Sequence record: PP047753 | Origin: Escherichia phage KEP3 | Direction: 5' to 3' (one strand) | Length of the DNA: 64,000 nt | Shown: positions 35,183 to 45,115 of the stretch, in pieces | Layout: every line of letters starts with the position of its first letter | How positions within the stretch are numbered: position 1 is the stretch's first letter | Notes under the pieces: generated by a model | Databases searched by the model: none | What the model was told of the DNA's origin: nothing | What the model saw: only the letters and a program-made list of their open reading frames with translations | Translations under genes and position numbers: made by a program

Positions 35183-35558
35183 TCATTTTATCCCTTCTAA
35201 TAATGATATATTCATAATGGGACGTATGGGCTAATTGCTGTGACCAATCCATAGTCATAAATACTTCATACTCATGACCATCAATCATAACAATGTCAGA
35301 CTCATTCCACTCTACATCATCTGAAGTTCTAAGTTTATATGTAGTATACAGGATTCTTGTATCGGTAAGCCTAATACCTTCCGGTAAAGCAATCTGTGTA
35401 CCATTCTTTACAGAACCTTTGATATACGGCTGGATATTACCTTTACAGTTAACCTCTACAATATCTTGTGAAGCTACCCAATCACCATCATCATTATAAT
35501 AACCGTCTTCAGAGACTTTACGCTTTACTATAAAGCTGTGTCTGTTTAAGAGCCTCAT
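35157..35558 (-). CDS. neck protein (tentative)
   Basis: Position. Confidence 0.35.
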   Translation of the reverse strand: MRLLNRHSFIVKRKVSEDGYYNDDGDWVASQDIVEVNCKGNIQPYIKGSVKNGTQIALPEGIRLTDTRILYTTYKLRTSDDVEWNESDIVMIDGHEYEVFMTMDWSQQLAHTSHYEYIIIRRDKMNAVRNSRT

Positions 35559-36037
35559 TTTTTAATACCCTTCTTAGTAGAAATTTTATAAGCAAGGTTA
35601 TCCCTTAAGTCACCTGTCTCAACAAGAGGTGCATTAAAGCCTTTTTTCTTGACTGTGGAAGGTGCGTTAGGAGGGAGGATAGCAGAATTACCAAAACCTC
35701 TTTTAATTGCCTTCTGAGCATTCTTTGCAAATGCTTCTAAGGTATTTGAAGGGTCTGTGTTGAGACTGCTAAGTTGCTTATATAGATTCTTCTTAGTCTG
35801 CTCTAACAAGGTCTGTCTGTTTAGCATCATAGTGATTTCAAACAACCTACGATATACTTTACCAGAAGCTGAAGGAACCCCAATAACTTCTTGTAAATAC
35901 ATTAAAGCAGGATAAGAAAAACCAGAGCTATGTTGACCTTGTTCTTGAAAATACCCAACTTGAGCATTAGCCGTTTGCAAGTTCTTCATAGCCCCGACTA
36001 ATTTTGCTCTAGCGGGGTGAATAACCCTTTTAACCAT
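35555..36037 (-). CDS. head-tail connector protein (tentative)
   Basis: Position. Confidence 0.35.
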   Translation of the reverse strand: MVKRVIHPARAKLVGAMKNLQTANAQVGYFQEQGQHSSGFSYPALMYLQEVIGVPSASGKVYRRLFEITMMLNRQTLLEQTKKNLYKQLSSLNTDPSNTLEAFAKNAQKAIKRGFGNSAILPPNAPSTVKKKGFNAPLVETGDLRDNLAYKISTKKGIKK

Positions 36038-36486
36038 TATTCATCTCGCTCGATAATAAATACGCCATTAACACGGTTGCAGTAATCTCTGCCTTCGTAT
36101 CTGGCAGCATCACCATATTCTGTGTATTTCTTGACAGAGCAAGGATTCTGACGACGCATATCAATATCACACTGATTAATACCACCTGCATAGGGTAGTC
36201 CTGAAACAGAGCTTTTAACAAGGTCATCATAAACAGCTTTCAGAGATTTGAATCTGGAAGAGTTACGTAAATAAACACCACCAACCTTCTCATCTCCCAT
36301 CTTGGCTACTTGAAAGAGTAAATATTTAAGAGCTTTGATGGCTGCTTTCTTTTCATCCTTTCCAGATTCTAGATAGAACCACTCTAGCACAGACTGTTCA
36401 ATAAGAATTTCATCATTATTGGTGTCTGTGCAGAGGATTCTTACTCTATCAAGAGGGTTATTGGCTGGGTCGCCTGTATAACACAT
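36037..36486 (-). CDS. head completion protein (tentative)
   Basis: Position. Confidence 0.35.
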   Translation of the reverse strand: MCYTGDPANNPLDRVRILCTDTNNDEILIEQSVLEWFYLESGKDEKKAAIKALKYLLFQVAKMGDEKVGGVYLRNSSRFKSLKAVYDDLVKSSVSGLPYAGGINQCDIDMRRQNPCSVKKYTEYGDAARYEGRDYCNRVNGVFIIERDE

Positions 36487-36507
36487 TCATAACCCTCCTT
36501 AAGAATA

Positions 36508-37614
36508 TTATTCGTCTTTAGCGTCAGAACGAACGTCTACCAGCAACTGAGGACGAGTACAGTATGGCAGCATGTAAGAGTGAGCTTCGAAGTCAATACC
36601 TTCATCACGGTCTTTTTCGTATTCGAATACGTACAGTTCCTGACCAAGTGTATTTGCGTAACCCATCTTAGGGCATGGGCCATAAGCCACTTCGAAGATG
36701 TTGTTTGCTTCACCCAGCATAGAAACGTTAGGGAAAGCGTGTCCTACACCAACCTCTGCACCAGCACCATCAATGCTCACCAGAGTATGAACCTTACCAC
36801 GCTTGTCTTTGAACTTACCGTTGTACTGGACAAACTTAACACCACCGTAGTAGAAAGTGTTCATGTGAGCCTGAACGCCGTCAGTACCACCAGTTCTCAG
36901 AGAACCAGTAATCTGTTGCCAAGCCAGTGGGGTCTGCTGTGCAAGATAGGCATCACGAATCTTAGGGTGTTTAGTCAGCTTGCTGAAGAATACACGGTCA
37001 ACAACTACGTGAATTTCTTCACCGTTGATTACAGTGCCAGTCTTAGCTTCGTCTTCCATGTGCATACGCAGTTCTTCAATAGAAGCGTCGATGTCAGCAT
37101 TAGGGTTGTCAAGGTCGAAGTAAACAGTCTTCTTCTCAACGTCGAACTGCTTGTACAGGTCAGCATACAGAGTACCACGAGCATCAACAACTTTACCCTT
37201 CAGAGCTTGCATAAACAGGAACTCACGAGTAATATCGAACTTGGTACGAATCTTCATCAGCTTCTTAGCACGTACTACAGCTTCAGTAGTCAGTTCGTTT
37301 GCAGTGCCTGGCTGACGTACACCCTGAATTTCATCAGGAGTAATGCTTTCAACTTCTTTGAAGTACATCATTGGGAAGCTGATTTGACGAACACGCTCAG
37401 GTGCGCTAGTCTCTGCTTTACGGCTATCACGGTCTACCGCATCAAGCAAGCTAACATCCCAATCAGTCAAATCCATAAGGAAAGTAGTTTGGGTGATTGG
37501 TGCTGAACGGAACAGACCTAAGTTGGAAATATACCCATAAGTATTTGGGATAGACTGGACTTCACCAGTCAGGTCAGCAAGGAAAAATCTGCTTTTTTCA
37601 GAATTAGTCAACAT
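36508..37614 (-). CDS. major capsid protein (lambda gpE-like)
   Basis: 368 aa downstream of protease and decoration genes; C-terminal region resembles lambda E family. Confidence 0.7.
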   Translation of the reverse strand: MLTNSEKSRFFLADLTGEVQSIPNTYGYISNLGLFRSAPITQTTFLMDLTDWDVSLLDAVDRDSRKAETSAPERVRQISFPMMYFKEVESITPDEIQGVRQPGTANELTTEAVVRAKKLMKIRTKFDITREFLFMQALKGKVVDARGTLYADLYKQFDVEKKTVYFDLDNPNADIDASIEELRMHMEDEAKTGTVINGEEIHVVVDRVFFSKLTKHPKIRDAYLAQQTPLAWQQITGSLRTGGTDGVQAHMNTFYYGGVKFVQYNGKFKDKRGKVHTLVSIDGAGAEVGVGHAFPNVSMLGEANNIFEVAYGPCPKMGYANTLGQELYVFEYEKDRDEGIDFEAHSYMLPYCTRPQLLVDVRSDAKDE

Positions 37615-37647
37615 TGTAAAATTCTCCAGAATGTCTTATTATTGTTA

Positions 37648-38025
37648 TTACAGGCCAGTTGGTACGAAATCAATACCTTTAGCAGCCAGAGCTGTCTTGA
37701 CGCTCTCGGCATTAACACCAGACTCAAGAGTCAGCATGTCTTTCAGTTCTGCGTCACGGTAAATACCAACAACTTTCAACTGACCGTGGTAAGACAGTTG
37801 CAGGTCTGCATAAAAGTTAACGATACATACAGAGTCAGCCTGAGCTTCTTCCCCTGCTGCAACTTTAGTACCATCTGCTTTCAGAACTTCACCTACACGA
37901 TATTCTGTAGATGCCTGTGGGGTGTACTCTTTACGAGAGTGGCCTGTTGGGGTAACCTGTTCCCAAAGAATGATATCATTCAGAGGTTCTCTTTTACCTA
38001 ACTTAGTAAAACCTTGATATGCCAT
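37648..38025 (-). CDS. head decoration protein (gpD-like, tentative)
   Basis: 125 aa immediately upstream of capsid gene. Confidence 0.45.
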   Translation of the reverse strand: MAYQGFTKLGKREPLNDIILWEQVTPTGHSRKEYTPQASTEYRVGEVLKADGTKVAAGEEAQADSVCIVNFYADLQLSYHGQLKVVGIYRDAELKDMLTLESGVNAESVKTALAAKGIDFVPTGL

Positions 38026-38036
38026 TATTGTGTTCC

Positions 38037-39383
38037 TTATTTGATAAGAGATTTTAGAGCATTCTGGAGAGCCAGTTTGCGTTGTTCAGCGGTGTCTTCG
38101 GAAGCATTCTTAGCTGGTTCTTTTTCTTCTTCAACTAAATCAGCTTCGCCGTCATTACCCACTTCTTCCATAGCGTTGGAATGTTCAAGAACAGCACCAG
38201 CAGTTTCTTTCAGCTTGGTAATTTCTGATTCTTTTTCTTCCATTGCAGAAGCATGGGACGCGATAGTTTCATTAAGTTTCTGGTTAGCACCTTCCATAGC
38301 ATTCATAAACAGAACACTCAGAGGGTTGTCAAGACCAGCACCTAAAATAGTCGTTGCAGCTTCTTTTGCATCAAATCCAAAAGCTTCAGCAGAAGCAGAA
38401 ATCTTATTAGTCAAATCTGACAAAGCAGCTTCCTGTTCTTTAGCTTTCATTTGAGCAACCTGAAGACGCAAAGCTTCTAGTTCTTGCTTTTCTTGTTCAG
38501 TCATTTCTTCACCTGAATTGTTAACGTTTAAACTTACAGGAGCCTCTTCAGAACCTTGTAAGTAATTTAAGAAATCATCTTGAGACATGATTGAGTTAAT
38601 TAAACCAAGTTCAAGAGCTTCCTGAGCAGAATAAACATTCGCCTCAGTATTCTTTACAGCTTCTTCAGAGATATTACGTGATTCAGCTACAAAACCTGTG
38701 AAGGTTGCGTAGGTATCATTAATTCTCTTTTGAAGTCTTTCTTTGCTTTCTTCTGAAAGTGCTTGGAATGGTGAACCCATGCCTTTAAACTCACCAGCTT
38801 TGATGACGTTAATTGTTACGCCATTCTTTTCAAATGCCTTAGTTAATTCCTGATGAACCATGATTACACCGATAGAACCAACATCTGCATCTGGTGATGC
38901 AATAATTTCTTCAGCAGAAGATGCAAGAGCATATGCAGCGGAACAAGCGAACTCATCTACATAAGCAATAATTTTCTTTTGGCCTCTTGAAGCCATAATG
39001 TGACGTGCTAATTCAAAGCAACCTGAAGCTTCACCACCACCAGAATCAATGTGCAGAACAATAGTCTTAATTGACTCATCTGCTAAAGCTTCGTCAAAGC
39101 CTCTACGTAAACCTTCATAAGAGCTTAAACCACCAGTACACATTGCATCAATGAATGTCATACGATGAGTTAAACCACCCATAATAGGGATAATAGCAAT
39201 ATCATCTTTTACTTTTAAAAGACTTCTTGCTTCACCTTTGGGTTTATCAAAGTTTACTGCTGCTTGGACATCACCCAGCAATCTGTTATTCACATAAGTT
39301 GCTGCTGAGTGAGCTAATGATTCAGTGGCTAGTAAAGGTTGGTTGAATAATCTATCAGCAAGTCTGAAGATATTCGAACTCAT
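38037..39383 (-). CDS. prohead protease (S49 family) fused to scaffold-like C-terminal domain
   Basis: ACSAAYALASSAEEIIASPDADVGSIGV matches S49/lambda gpC serine region; C-terminal coiled-coil. Confidence 0.75.
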   Translation of the reverse strand: MSSNIFRLADRLFNQPLLATESLAHSAATYVNNRLLGDVQAAVNFDKPKGEARSLLKVKDDIAIIPIMGGLTHRMTFIDAMCTGGLSSYEGLRRGFDEALADESIKTIVLHIDSGGGEASGCFELARHIMASRGQKKIIAYVDEFACSAAYALASSAEEIIASPDADVGSIGVIMVHQELTKAFEKNGVTINVIKAGEFKGMGSPFQALSEESKERLQKRINDTYATFTGFVAESRNISEEAVKNTEANVYSAQEALELGLINSIMSQDDFLNYLQGSEEAPVSLNVNNSGEEMTEQEKQELEALRLQVAQMKAKEQEAALSDLTNKISASAEAFGFDAKEAATTILGAGLDNPLSVLFMNAMEGANQKLNETIASHASAMEEKESEITKLKETAGAVLEHSNAMEEVGNDGEADLVEEEKEPAKNASEDTAEQRKLALQNALKSLIK

Positions 39384-39394
39384 TTTTACTCACC

Positions 39395-39727
39395 CTATTT
39401 GTTTAAATCTACAGAGACTGAAGAGATGACATAGATACCTTCTTCAGCAAAGAATTGAGGTTTGCTAAGAGCACCAGTTGCCACGCATTTATCGTTAGCA
39501 TCCCACAAGCTATAGTGTGAGACCATTGCAGAAGCTGGAACAGTAATATTAACTGTGTCTTCTGAGGCAATTAAGCCATTATCCGGTTCAGAAAAATAAA
39601 TAGCCACTGGCTGAGTAACCTTATTTGCTGTAGGGTCTGCCGTTGGGTCTACATTGTGTAAAATAATAGTCGTTGGGGTTAGCGTGGCGAGGATTTTATT
39701 CTTACCATCAATAGTTAATGTTCCCAT
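39395..39727 (-). CDS. hypothetical head protein
   Basis: ORF track. Confidence 0.4.
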   Translation of the reverse strand: MGTLTIDGKNKILATLTPTTIILHNVDPTADPTANKVTQPVAIYFSEPDNGLIASEDTVNITVPASAMVSHYSLWDANDKCVATGALSKPQFFAEEGIYVISSVSVDLNK

Positions 39728-40227
39728 TAATTAAACCTTACTTTTTGTTTAAGGACTGTTGAATGGTTACCAGATTCATCTACCACATTTACAATCATAT
39801 CATATACTTTACCTTTGACAAGTACTTTGTAATCATTTTGTGAAAAAATGTATTCAAGTCTGTTTGTTTCTTTGTTAACTGTCATTGGGGATTGAAATGC
39901 AGTATCGAGGGTAATGAAAGCGGCTTCAATGCTATTAACATTGATACGTTTATTCTCGCAGTTATATAACTTTACACCCAAAAGGCATGAACTGTCAAAT
40001 GGAATTTTAACAATTTCACTACAATTTCCTGAAATAAACGGTTTACCACTCATTGGTGCATCAAGTAACCTGCAAATAGTGAAAACGTCAGAGACTCCAC
40101 CATCACTAACATAACCTGAAAGGCTGACCCTTGAGACAGCCTCTACAGATAACTTATCAGTAATGATAAGAACACCCCTATACGAATGCACTCGTGTAGC
40201 ATTTGAAATAGAGATAACTTCAGCCAT
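39727..40227 (-). CDS. hypothetical head protein
   Basis: ORF track. Confidence 0.4.
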   Translation of the reverse strand: MAEVISISNATRVHSYRGVLIITDKLSVEAVSRVSLSGYVSDGGVSDVFTICRLLDAPMSGKPFISGNCSEIVKIPFDSSCLLGVKLYNCENKRINVNSIEAAFITLDTAFQSPMTVNKETNRLEYIFSQNDYKVLVKGKVYDMIVNVVDESGNHSTVLKQKVRFN

Positions 40228-41693
40228 TATTTATTTGCCTTATTTGCTGTGCTTGGGTCTTTCGCTGAAGGTGTCTTTGCAGTACCTTCTCCAGCGGTCT
40301 TATAACCATCTCCTGAACGGCTTTGGCTATTTGGAGAAAGTTTTTCAGATACTGGCTGAGACTCATCAGCAGGAGGAAGACCAATATGCTCTCTAAGTTT
40401 GTTAGATAGCTCTTTGTCAACTTCCAAAGCACCTACTGCAACAGTCTTCTGAATATAAGAACCGATTGCTTCAAGGTCTGGAGTTTCGATATCATCATAC
40501 GTGATTTGTACATGTTCTTCATCATCCCACATATTAAGAGCATAAGTCTGTGCAACTAAATCACGGTTAATTACGTTCTTAATTTGCTTCAGCAGAATAT
40601 CTACTGACATTGCTAATAGGCTTGTCTTAGAATCTGCAAGAGAGAATGAACCATATTTTGACTGACCCATAGCAAGAACATCTGACATGAATGCCATCAT
40701 AATCTGCTTGGAATATCTATCAATAATAGAACCTGTATCGTATGCTTTAGCACCCTGTCTAGAAACTAATGAGAACTCAAAAATATCCTCTTTAGTATCT
40801 GGGTCGATATATCTAGGCCAGATTAAACCTGCTCTGTCATTAGCAATCATATCATTAACAACAGTTTTGCAGTATTGTACGAAAGCTTTCTTTTCAGGTT
40901 CTGCATTTTCATCCAGATAATCTGGTGGTAAACCAATCTTTGGCATACCTACTAAGTCTCTTGAAACGCCAACAGCCTCATACTCTTCAATCTGTACTTT
41001 ATATTTCCACGGTACATAAGCATTAAGTAATGGTGAACGACCTTCTGGATTTCCATATTCATCGTCATACTTAAACAGCATGAATTTAGCTCGTGGAAGT
41101 TTTCTTGTTAGAGGTCTTTCTCCAAGATTGATTGCTCCAGCAATGTGTGAAACATTTCTCAGATTCTGTCTAACACCAGTAACTTTTCTAAAGTCTTCGT
41201 CAAAATACCACTTATCAAGCGTTGACTGGTTTCTGATTGGTAATTTAGCCCACCCAATTAGACCATCATCAAATTTTGACTGGTACTTTCCTTTTTTACC
41301 CTGACGCTTCTTATAAACCTTTTCGTTAACACAGAACCCATAAGTGCAGAATGACATTACAGAGTTAATAAAATCTGCCCAATCATGCTCCATGTCATCC
41401 ATTAAAGAATTAAAGAAGTCTGCTCTTTCAAGCATTTTAGGGTCTTGCTCTTTTCCCTTTGGAGGTACGAATCTCCAGTTGACTTTTCTGACAAACATCT
41501 TAATAATATTTACAGATGCTGCTACAGCAGGGTCACGCATCATTAATTGGAAAGTTTTAATACTTTCAGGGAACCTTAGTGCCTGACGAGGTTCTTCATA
41601 GATTCTTCCATTCTTAACCTTCAGACCCAAAGAACCTACTTCACCCATTCTAAATGGTGGTAAGCTTTCTTGTGTTTCTGTAATATCTGCCAT
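40227..41693 (-). CDS. portal protein
   Basis: ~490 aa directly downstream of terminase large subunit; start set to ATG 41693 with AGGTGA RBS. Confidence 0.55.
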   Translation of the reverse strand: MADITETQESLPPFRMGEVGSLGLKVKNGRIYEEPRQALRFPESIKTFQLMMRDPAVAASVNIIKMFVRKVNWRFVPPKGKEQDPKMLERADFFNSLMDDMEHDWADFINSVMSFCTYGFCVNEKVYKKRQGKKGKYQSKFDDGLIGWAKLPIRNQSTLDKWYFDEDFRKVTGVRQNLRNVSHIAGAINLGERPLTRKLPRAKFMLFKYDDEYGNPEGRSPLLNAYVPWKYKVQIEEYEAVGVSRDLVGMPKIGLPPDYLDENAEPEKKAFVQYCKTVVNDMIANDRAGLIWPRYIDPDTKEDIFEFSLVSRQGAKAYDTGSIIDRYSKQIMMAFMSDVLAMGQSKYGSFSLADSKTSLLAMSVDILLKQIKNVINRDLVAQTYALNMWDDEEHVQITYDDIETPDLEAIGSYIQKTVAVGALEVDKELSNKLREHIGLPPADESQPVSEKLSPNSQSRSGDGYKTAGEGTAKTPSAKDPSTANKANK

Positions 41694-41709
41694 TCTTCTC
41701 ACCTAGCTA

Positions 41710-43311
41710 TCAACGTCTAAGCCCCTCATATGGGTTTCCTCTCACTAAGTCTGTGTGAGCACCCATTGATGGTGGCTTGAATAATTTAACTTCGTTAAGA
41801 CTGTTGAAAGCATCACTGGTAGCATCCACTTGGTCATCTTTAGTTTTACCATCACCACAAAAACCTTCAAGTTCTTGAAAGTAAGCTTCGTTCCAACTGC
41901 CTCTCAAGACTTTTACAAGTCCAGCTTCAGAAGCAGCAGAAAACCCCGCAAATCGGGTAACTTTGTCTTTATTTGTTGGTTTAGCCCTTGCTCGATAACC
42001 TTTCTCGGCAAGTTTCCTGATGAGGGATGTTGCGTAGGATTTACCAGCAGCGCCTGGGTCTTGAGGGATAAAAATACCAGTTCGCTTACCGTCACTTTCA
42101 GCAGTCAAATTAATTTGTGTTTCGACTCCAGAGGGTCTATCTCTAAATCTTACTACATCAATGATATAATAGCAACCGTCTTTTTTAGATTTACCCATCT
42201 TAACACCTGCTGTCCAGTCTGGATTAGGGTTAATCTCAGATGGTAAAGTTGCTGCTAAGTCCCATGCTCTGACATCGAATACATCTTCTGGGAGTGAATC
42301 AACAATTTCACACCATTGTCTTTGCCAATAGTTTGAACCTTCTGCACGAGCCTTCCAGTTACCGAAACGAAGTCTTGCAACGTTTACAGGAGTGTTGTTT
42401 TCCAACTTACCACGGTATTTTGGTTCTAAGAAGTCAAGAATTGGGTTATCATCAATCGTACCAGAGATGAATGTATATGTTTGAGGAATCTCAAGAGGAA
42501 ACATTTCAAGAATCTTGTCTCTCTCCCAATCAGAAACCATAACACCATCATTCATTACATACCAACGAATACGACCACACTTTTCAGGGTCTGGGTAACC
42601 TTCTTCATCTAAGAATGGTTCTACCCAATCGTAAATAAAGTGGTCTCTGTCTGGGTTCATAGAAATCTTCATGTATGAATCACCTTCAGCCCCAGAACGT
42701 AGACGAGTCTGTAGGTATGAAATCTGTGAAGCAGAGAAGTGAGTACCTTCGTCAAAGTAAATAGCTGAATACTCAATACCCTGATGACCTTCAGCGTGCT
42801 TTTCAAGCTCTAGATAGGTAAACTTGATAGTTGCCCCAGAAGGGAATGTGATAGTCATCTTCTGCTCGTGAGGAACCCCACCAAACTTACCAAATAGTTT
42901 CTTTGCAGCAGGCCACAAACCACCTTGTAGCTGTGTTGTATTTCGACGGAAATATACAGCATTATAATTAGGGTCGTCAATAAACCTTAAAGAGTCCATT
43001 AACAATGCAGCAGTCTTACCAGCACCCGCAGCACCACCATAGAGGACCAAGTCAGCATTAGTATTTAAGAAGACCTCTTGAGAACCCGGCTGAGGGGCTA
43101 CATAGTTCTTATCAGTCATCAATTTGAAGATAAGTCTAACTTGGTCTGGTGTGTATCTTAATAAAGTCAGAATTTGAGTTGGAAGGAATTTAGAGGGGTC
43201 TTTACCGAATGATTTGATAATTTCTTTTACTTCATCAGAAAGCCCCAACTCTCCAGCTAGGACTTTCCTAACATCTTCCACTCGCTTCTGCTTAACAGCA
43301 TTTAAGTCCAT
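41710..43311 (-). CDS. terminase large subunit
   Basis: Walker A LYGGAAGAGKTAAL; start set to ATG 43311 with GGAGGT RBS. Confidence 0.85.
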   Translation of the reverse strand: MDLNAVKQKRVEDVRKVLAGELGLSDEVKEIIKSFGKDPSKFLPTQILTLLRYTPDQVRLIFKLMTDKNYVAPQPGSQEVFLNTNADLVLYGGAAGAGKTAALLMDSLRFIDDPNYNAVYFRRNTTQLQGGLWPAAKKLFGKFGGVPHEQKMTITFPSGATIKFTYLELEKHAEGHQGIEYSAIYFDEGTHFSASQISYLQTRLRSGAEGDSYMKISMNPDRDHFIYDWVEPFLDEEGYPDPEKCGRIRWYVMNDGVMVSDWERDKILEMFPLEIPQTYTFISGTIDDNPILDFLEPKYRGKLENNTPVNVARLRFGNWKARAEGSNYWQRQWCEIVDSLPEDVFDVRAWDLAATLPSEINPNPDWTAGVKMGKSKKDGCYYIIDVVRFRDRPSGVETQINLTAESDGKRTGIFIPQDPGAAGKSYATSLIRKLAEKGYRARAKPTNKDKVTRFAGFSAASEAGLVKVLRGSWNEAYFQELEGFCGDGKTKDDQVDATSDAFNSLNEVKLFKPPSMGAHTDLVRGNPYEGLRR

Positions 43312-43332
43312 TAAGCACCTCCGCAAATAGAA

Positions 43333-43533
43333 TTATTCAGAGTCTGTAGCAGTCTCTTCTTTCTTAACTTCGAACTTTGCATCAACAGCATCAAGAAGTG
43401 CATCCATAGATGCTTCTTTAATATCAATACCTGTTGCTACAGATAATCTGTCTGCAATTGCCATGATAGTATTCTGCATAAACTCTAGCTTCTTATTAGC
43501 TTCATAAAGTTCTTTATAAACGGTCTCGCTCAT
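43333..43533 (-). CDS. hypothetical protein
   Basis: ORF track; too small to call terminase small subunit confidently. Confidence 0.4.
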   Translation of the reverse strand: MSETVYKELYEANKKLEFMQNTIMAIADRLSVATGIDIKEASMDALLDAVDAKFEVKKEETATDSE

Positions 43534-43578
43534 TATGTTTTCTCCAAATAATTAACCATGTTTCCCCTTAAAAAAGAC

Positions 43579-43602
43579 GGCACAGAGACCGTCAAGGAGA
43601 AA
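43579..43602 (-). terminator. rho-independent terminator
   Basis: Minus-sense GACGGTCTCTGTGCCGTC + TTTTTT. Confidence 0.55.
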
Positions 43603-43658
43603 CCACAATGTACGTCAGAGACATACTGTATAAGTCTTCTTATAAAGTATAACTCTGT

Positions 43659-43718
43659 AAAAAAGCCCTGTCTAAAAATACTCTTCGGTAGCGAAAGGAA
43701 GAATACTTATAGCAGGGC
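43659..43718 (-). terminator. terminator at 3' end of tRNA array
   Basis: Minus-sense GCCCTG...CAGGGC stem followed by TTTTTT. Confidence 0.5.
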
Positions 43719-43745
43719 ATTATTATTATTTTAATTGAGAGAGAG

Positions 43746-43821
43746 TAAAATAACTTGGAGAATCCGAAGGGACTCGAACCCTTATAAACCTGTTTTGCAG
43801 ACAGGTACATAGCCATTTCTG
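43746..43821 (-). tRNA. tRNA-Cys: tRNA-Cys (GCA)
   Basis: T-arm GGGTTCGAGTCCC, 7-bp acceptor, anticodon loop CTGCAAA, CCA encoded. Confidence 0.75.
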
Positions 43822-43825
43822 TCAC

Positions 43826-43918
43826 GGATTCAAATTGGAGGAAGATACCAGACTTGAACTGGTACACCGATTTCTCAGCTACTGGCAGTTTAGCAAACTG
43901 CTCCCTTACCTTTTAGGG
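43826..43918 (-). tRNA. tRNA-Ser: tRNA-Ser (GCT), class II
   Basis: T-loop TTCAAGT, anticodon loop TTGCTAA, long variable arm. Confidence 0.65.
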
Positions 43919-43929
43919 TTAATCTTCCG

Positions 43930-44664
43930 TTATTTCTGTAATGCGTTCTTCATTTCTGGTGTTGCAATAGTATCAATTACACCAGTTTTACAAGCATCAT
44001 CAAACCAGTCTGGTAAGATACCTGCTAAGAACCCATTGATATTCGTTTTAAGGTACTCTGCAATAAGAGCAGCTTCTTCTTCAATCATCTGCACAACTTC
44101 ATCTGCATAAGCTGTAATCTTCGAGATACCTTCATTAATCTTGCTAACAGCTTGGTTAGCTAAATCAGAAACAGTATCAAGACCTTTGTCAATAGCATCT
44201 TGTAAGTCACTTAATACATCATTAACACCATCTAATGTACTGTTAATTGTGTCAATAGCTTTTTGACCGTACTCTGTAGCAACACCCATAATACCACTAA
44301 ATGGTGTACAACCGACTTGCTCTCCTGCTGCACCCATAACATTGGAATATCCTTTTGCTACCTGCATACGTGATGAAAACTCATCAATTGATTTTTGACC
44401 GTAATCTGTCAGTGTCTTAGTAGTTGATGTAGTGCTTGTCAGACTCGTTGTAAAGCTATTAAGCAGAACTGTTGTAAGTCCAGCAGCAATAAGCTTATCC
44501 TTTATTGTAGGGTCGGTTACAGAGCTAATAGAGTTTACAAGTGATGTAGAGGCAGCTACGGTTCCACCGAGAACTGCTGCACCAGTAATAAGGGGATTAG
44601 AAAACCCTCTACCGGTTTTTAAGAGATTAAAAATCTCCTTACCTTGTTCTGTCATCTCTTTCAT
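43930..44664 (-). CDS. hypothetical Ser/Thr-rich protein
   Basis: ORF track; start trimmed to ATG 44664 (AAGGTG RBS) to avoid overlap with tRNA. Confidence 0.45.
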   Translation of the reverse strand: MKEMTEQGKEIFNLLKTGRGFSNPLITGAAVLGGTVAASTSLVNSISSVTDPTIKDKLIAAGLTTVLLNSFTTSLTSTTSTTKTLTDYGQKSIDEFSSRMQVAKGYSNVMGAAGEQVGCTPFSGIMGVATEYGQKAIDTINSTLDGVNDVLSDLQDAIDKGLDTVSDLANQAVSKINEGISKITAYADEVVQMIEEEAALIAEYLKTNINGFLAGILPDWFDDACKTGVIDTIATPEMKNALQK

Positions 44665-44680
44665 TAAGCACCTTTGAAAT

Positions 44681-44758
44681 TGGTAGTCCAGTGGGATTTG
44701 AACCCTCTTCTCATGTTTTTCAGACACGCGCTTTAACCATATAAGCTACTTGGACTAT
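44681..44758 (-). tRNA. tRNA-Phe: tRNA-Phe (GAA)
   Basis: T-loop TTCAAAT, acceptor TAGTCCA/TGGACTA, anticodon loop CTGAAAA. Confidence 0.6.
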
Positions 44759-44762
44759 AAAT

Positions 44763-44838
44763 TGGGGTGACCTACGGGATTTGAACCCGTATAGACCATG
44801 TTCACAGCATGGGTCATTACCATTTATGATAAGGCCAC
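44763..44838 (-). tRNA. tRNA-His: tRNA-His (GTG)
   Basis: T-loop TTCAAAT, anticodon loop CTGTGAA. Confidence 0.7.
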
Positions 44839-44869
44839 ATTTAAGGACTCTCGTAAGAATCCTTAGAAG

Positions 44870-44946
44870 TGGCAGCGGCATAAGGATTTGAACCTTAATA
44901 AGACAGCTTCAGAGACTGCTGCATTGCCAGTTATGCTATACCTCTA
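44870..44946 (-). tRNA. tRNA-Gln: tRNA-Gln (CTG)
   Basis: D-stem GCAT/ATGC, anticodon loop CTCTGAA; one acceptor mismatch. Confidence 0.55.
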
Positions 44947-44950
44947 AATT

Positions 44951-45029
44951 TGGTACTCCATATCGGATTCGAACCGATACATAACACAGATTTTAAGTCT
45001 GGCCTCTCTGCCAATTGGAGTAATGGAGC
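44951..45029 (-). tRNA. tRNA with anticodon TAA (Leu codon UUA), class-I-like length
   Basis: T-arm ATCGG-TTCGAAT-CCGAT, anticodon loop CTTAAAA, discriminator A; short variable region. Confidence 0.55.
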
Positions 45030-45031
45030 AT

Positions 45032-45107
45032 TGGCGGGGGATGTTGGAATTGAACCAACTTCTTCGATTTCAAAGACCGAGGTTTTAACCTTGTAAACTA
45101 ATCCCCT
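45032..45107 (-). tRNA. tRNA-Gln: tRNA-Gln (TTG)
   Basis: T-loop TTCAATT, anticodon loop CTTTGAA. Confidence 0.65.
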
Positions 45108-45115
45108 TTAAATCT

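Noticed and set aside
36580-37506. 308-aa plus-strand ORF from the ORF track
   Set aside because: Lies entirely antisense within the well-supported capsid gene; low-complexity composition and no RBS; treated as a shadow ORF.
43640-43867. 75-aa minus-strand ORF
   Set aside because: Overlaps tRNA-Cys, tRNA-Ser and the array terminator; a tRNA-encoded artefact.
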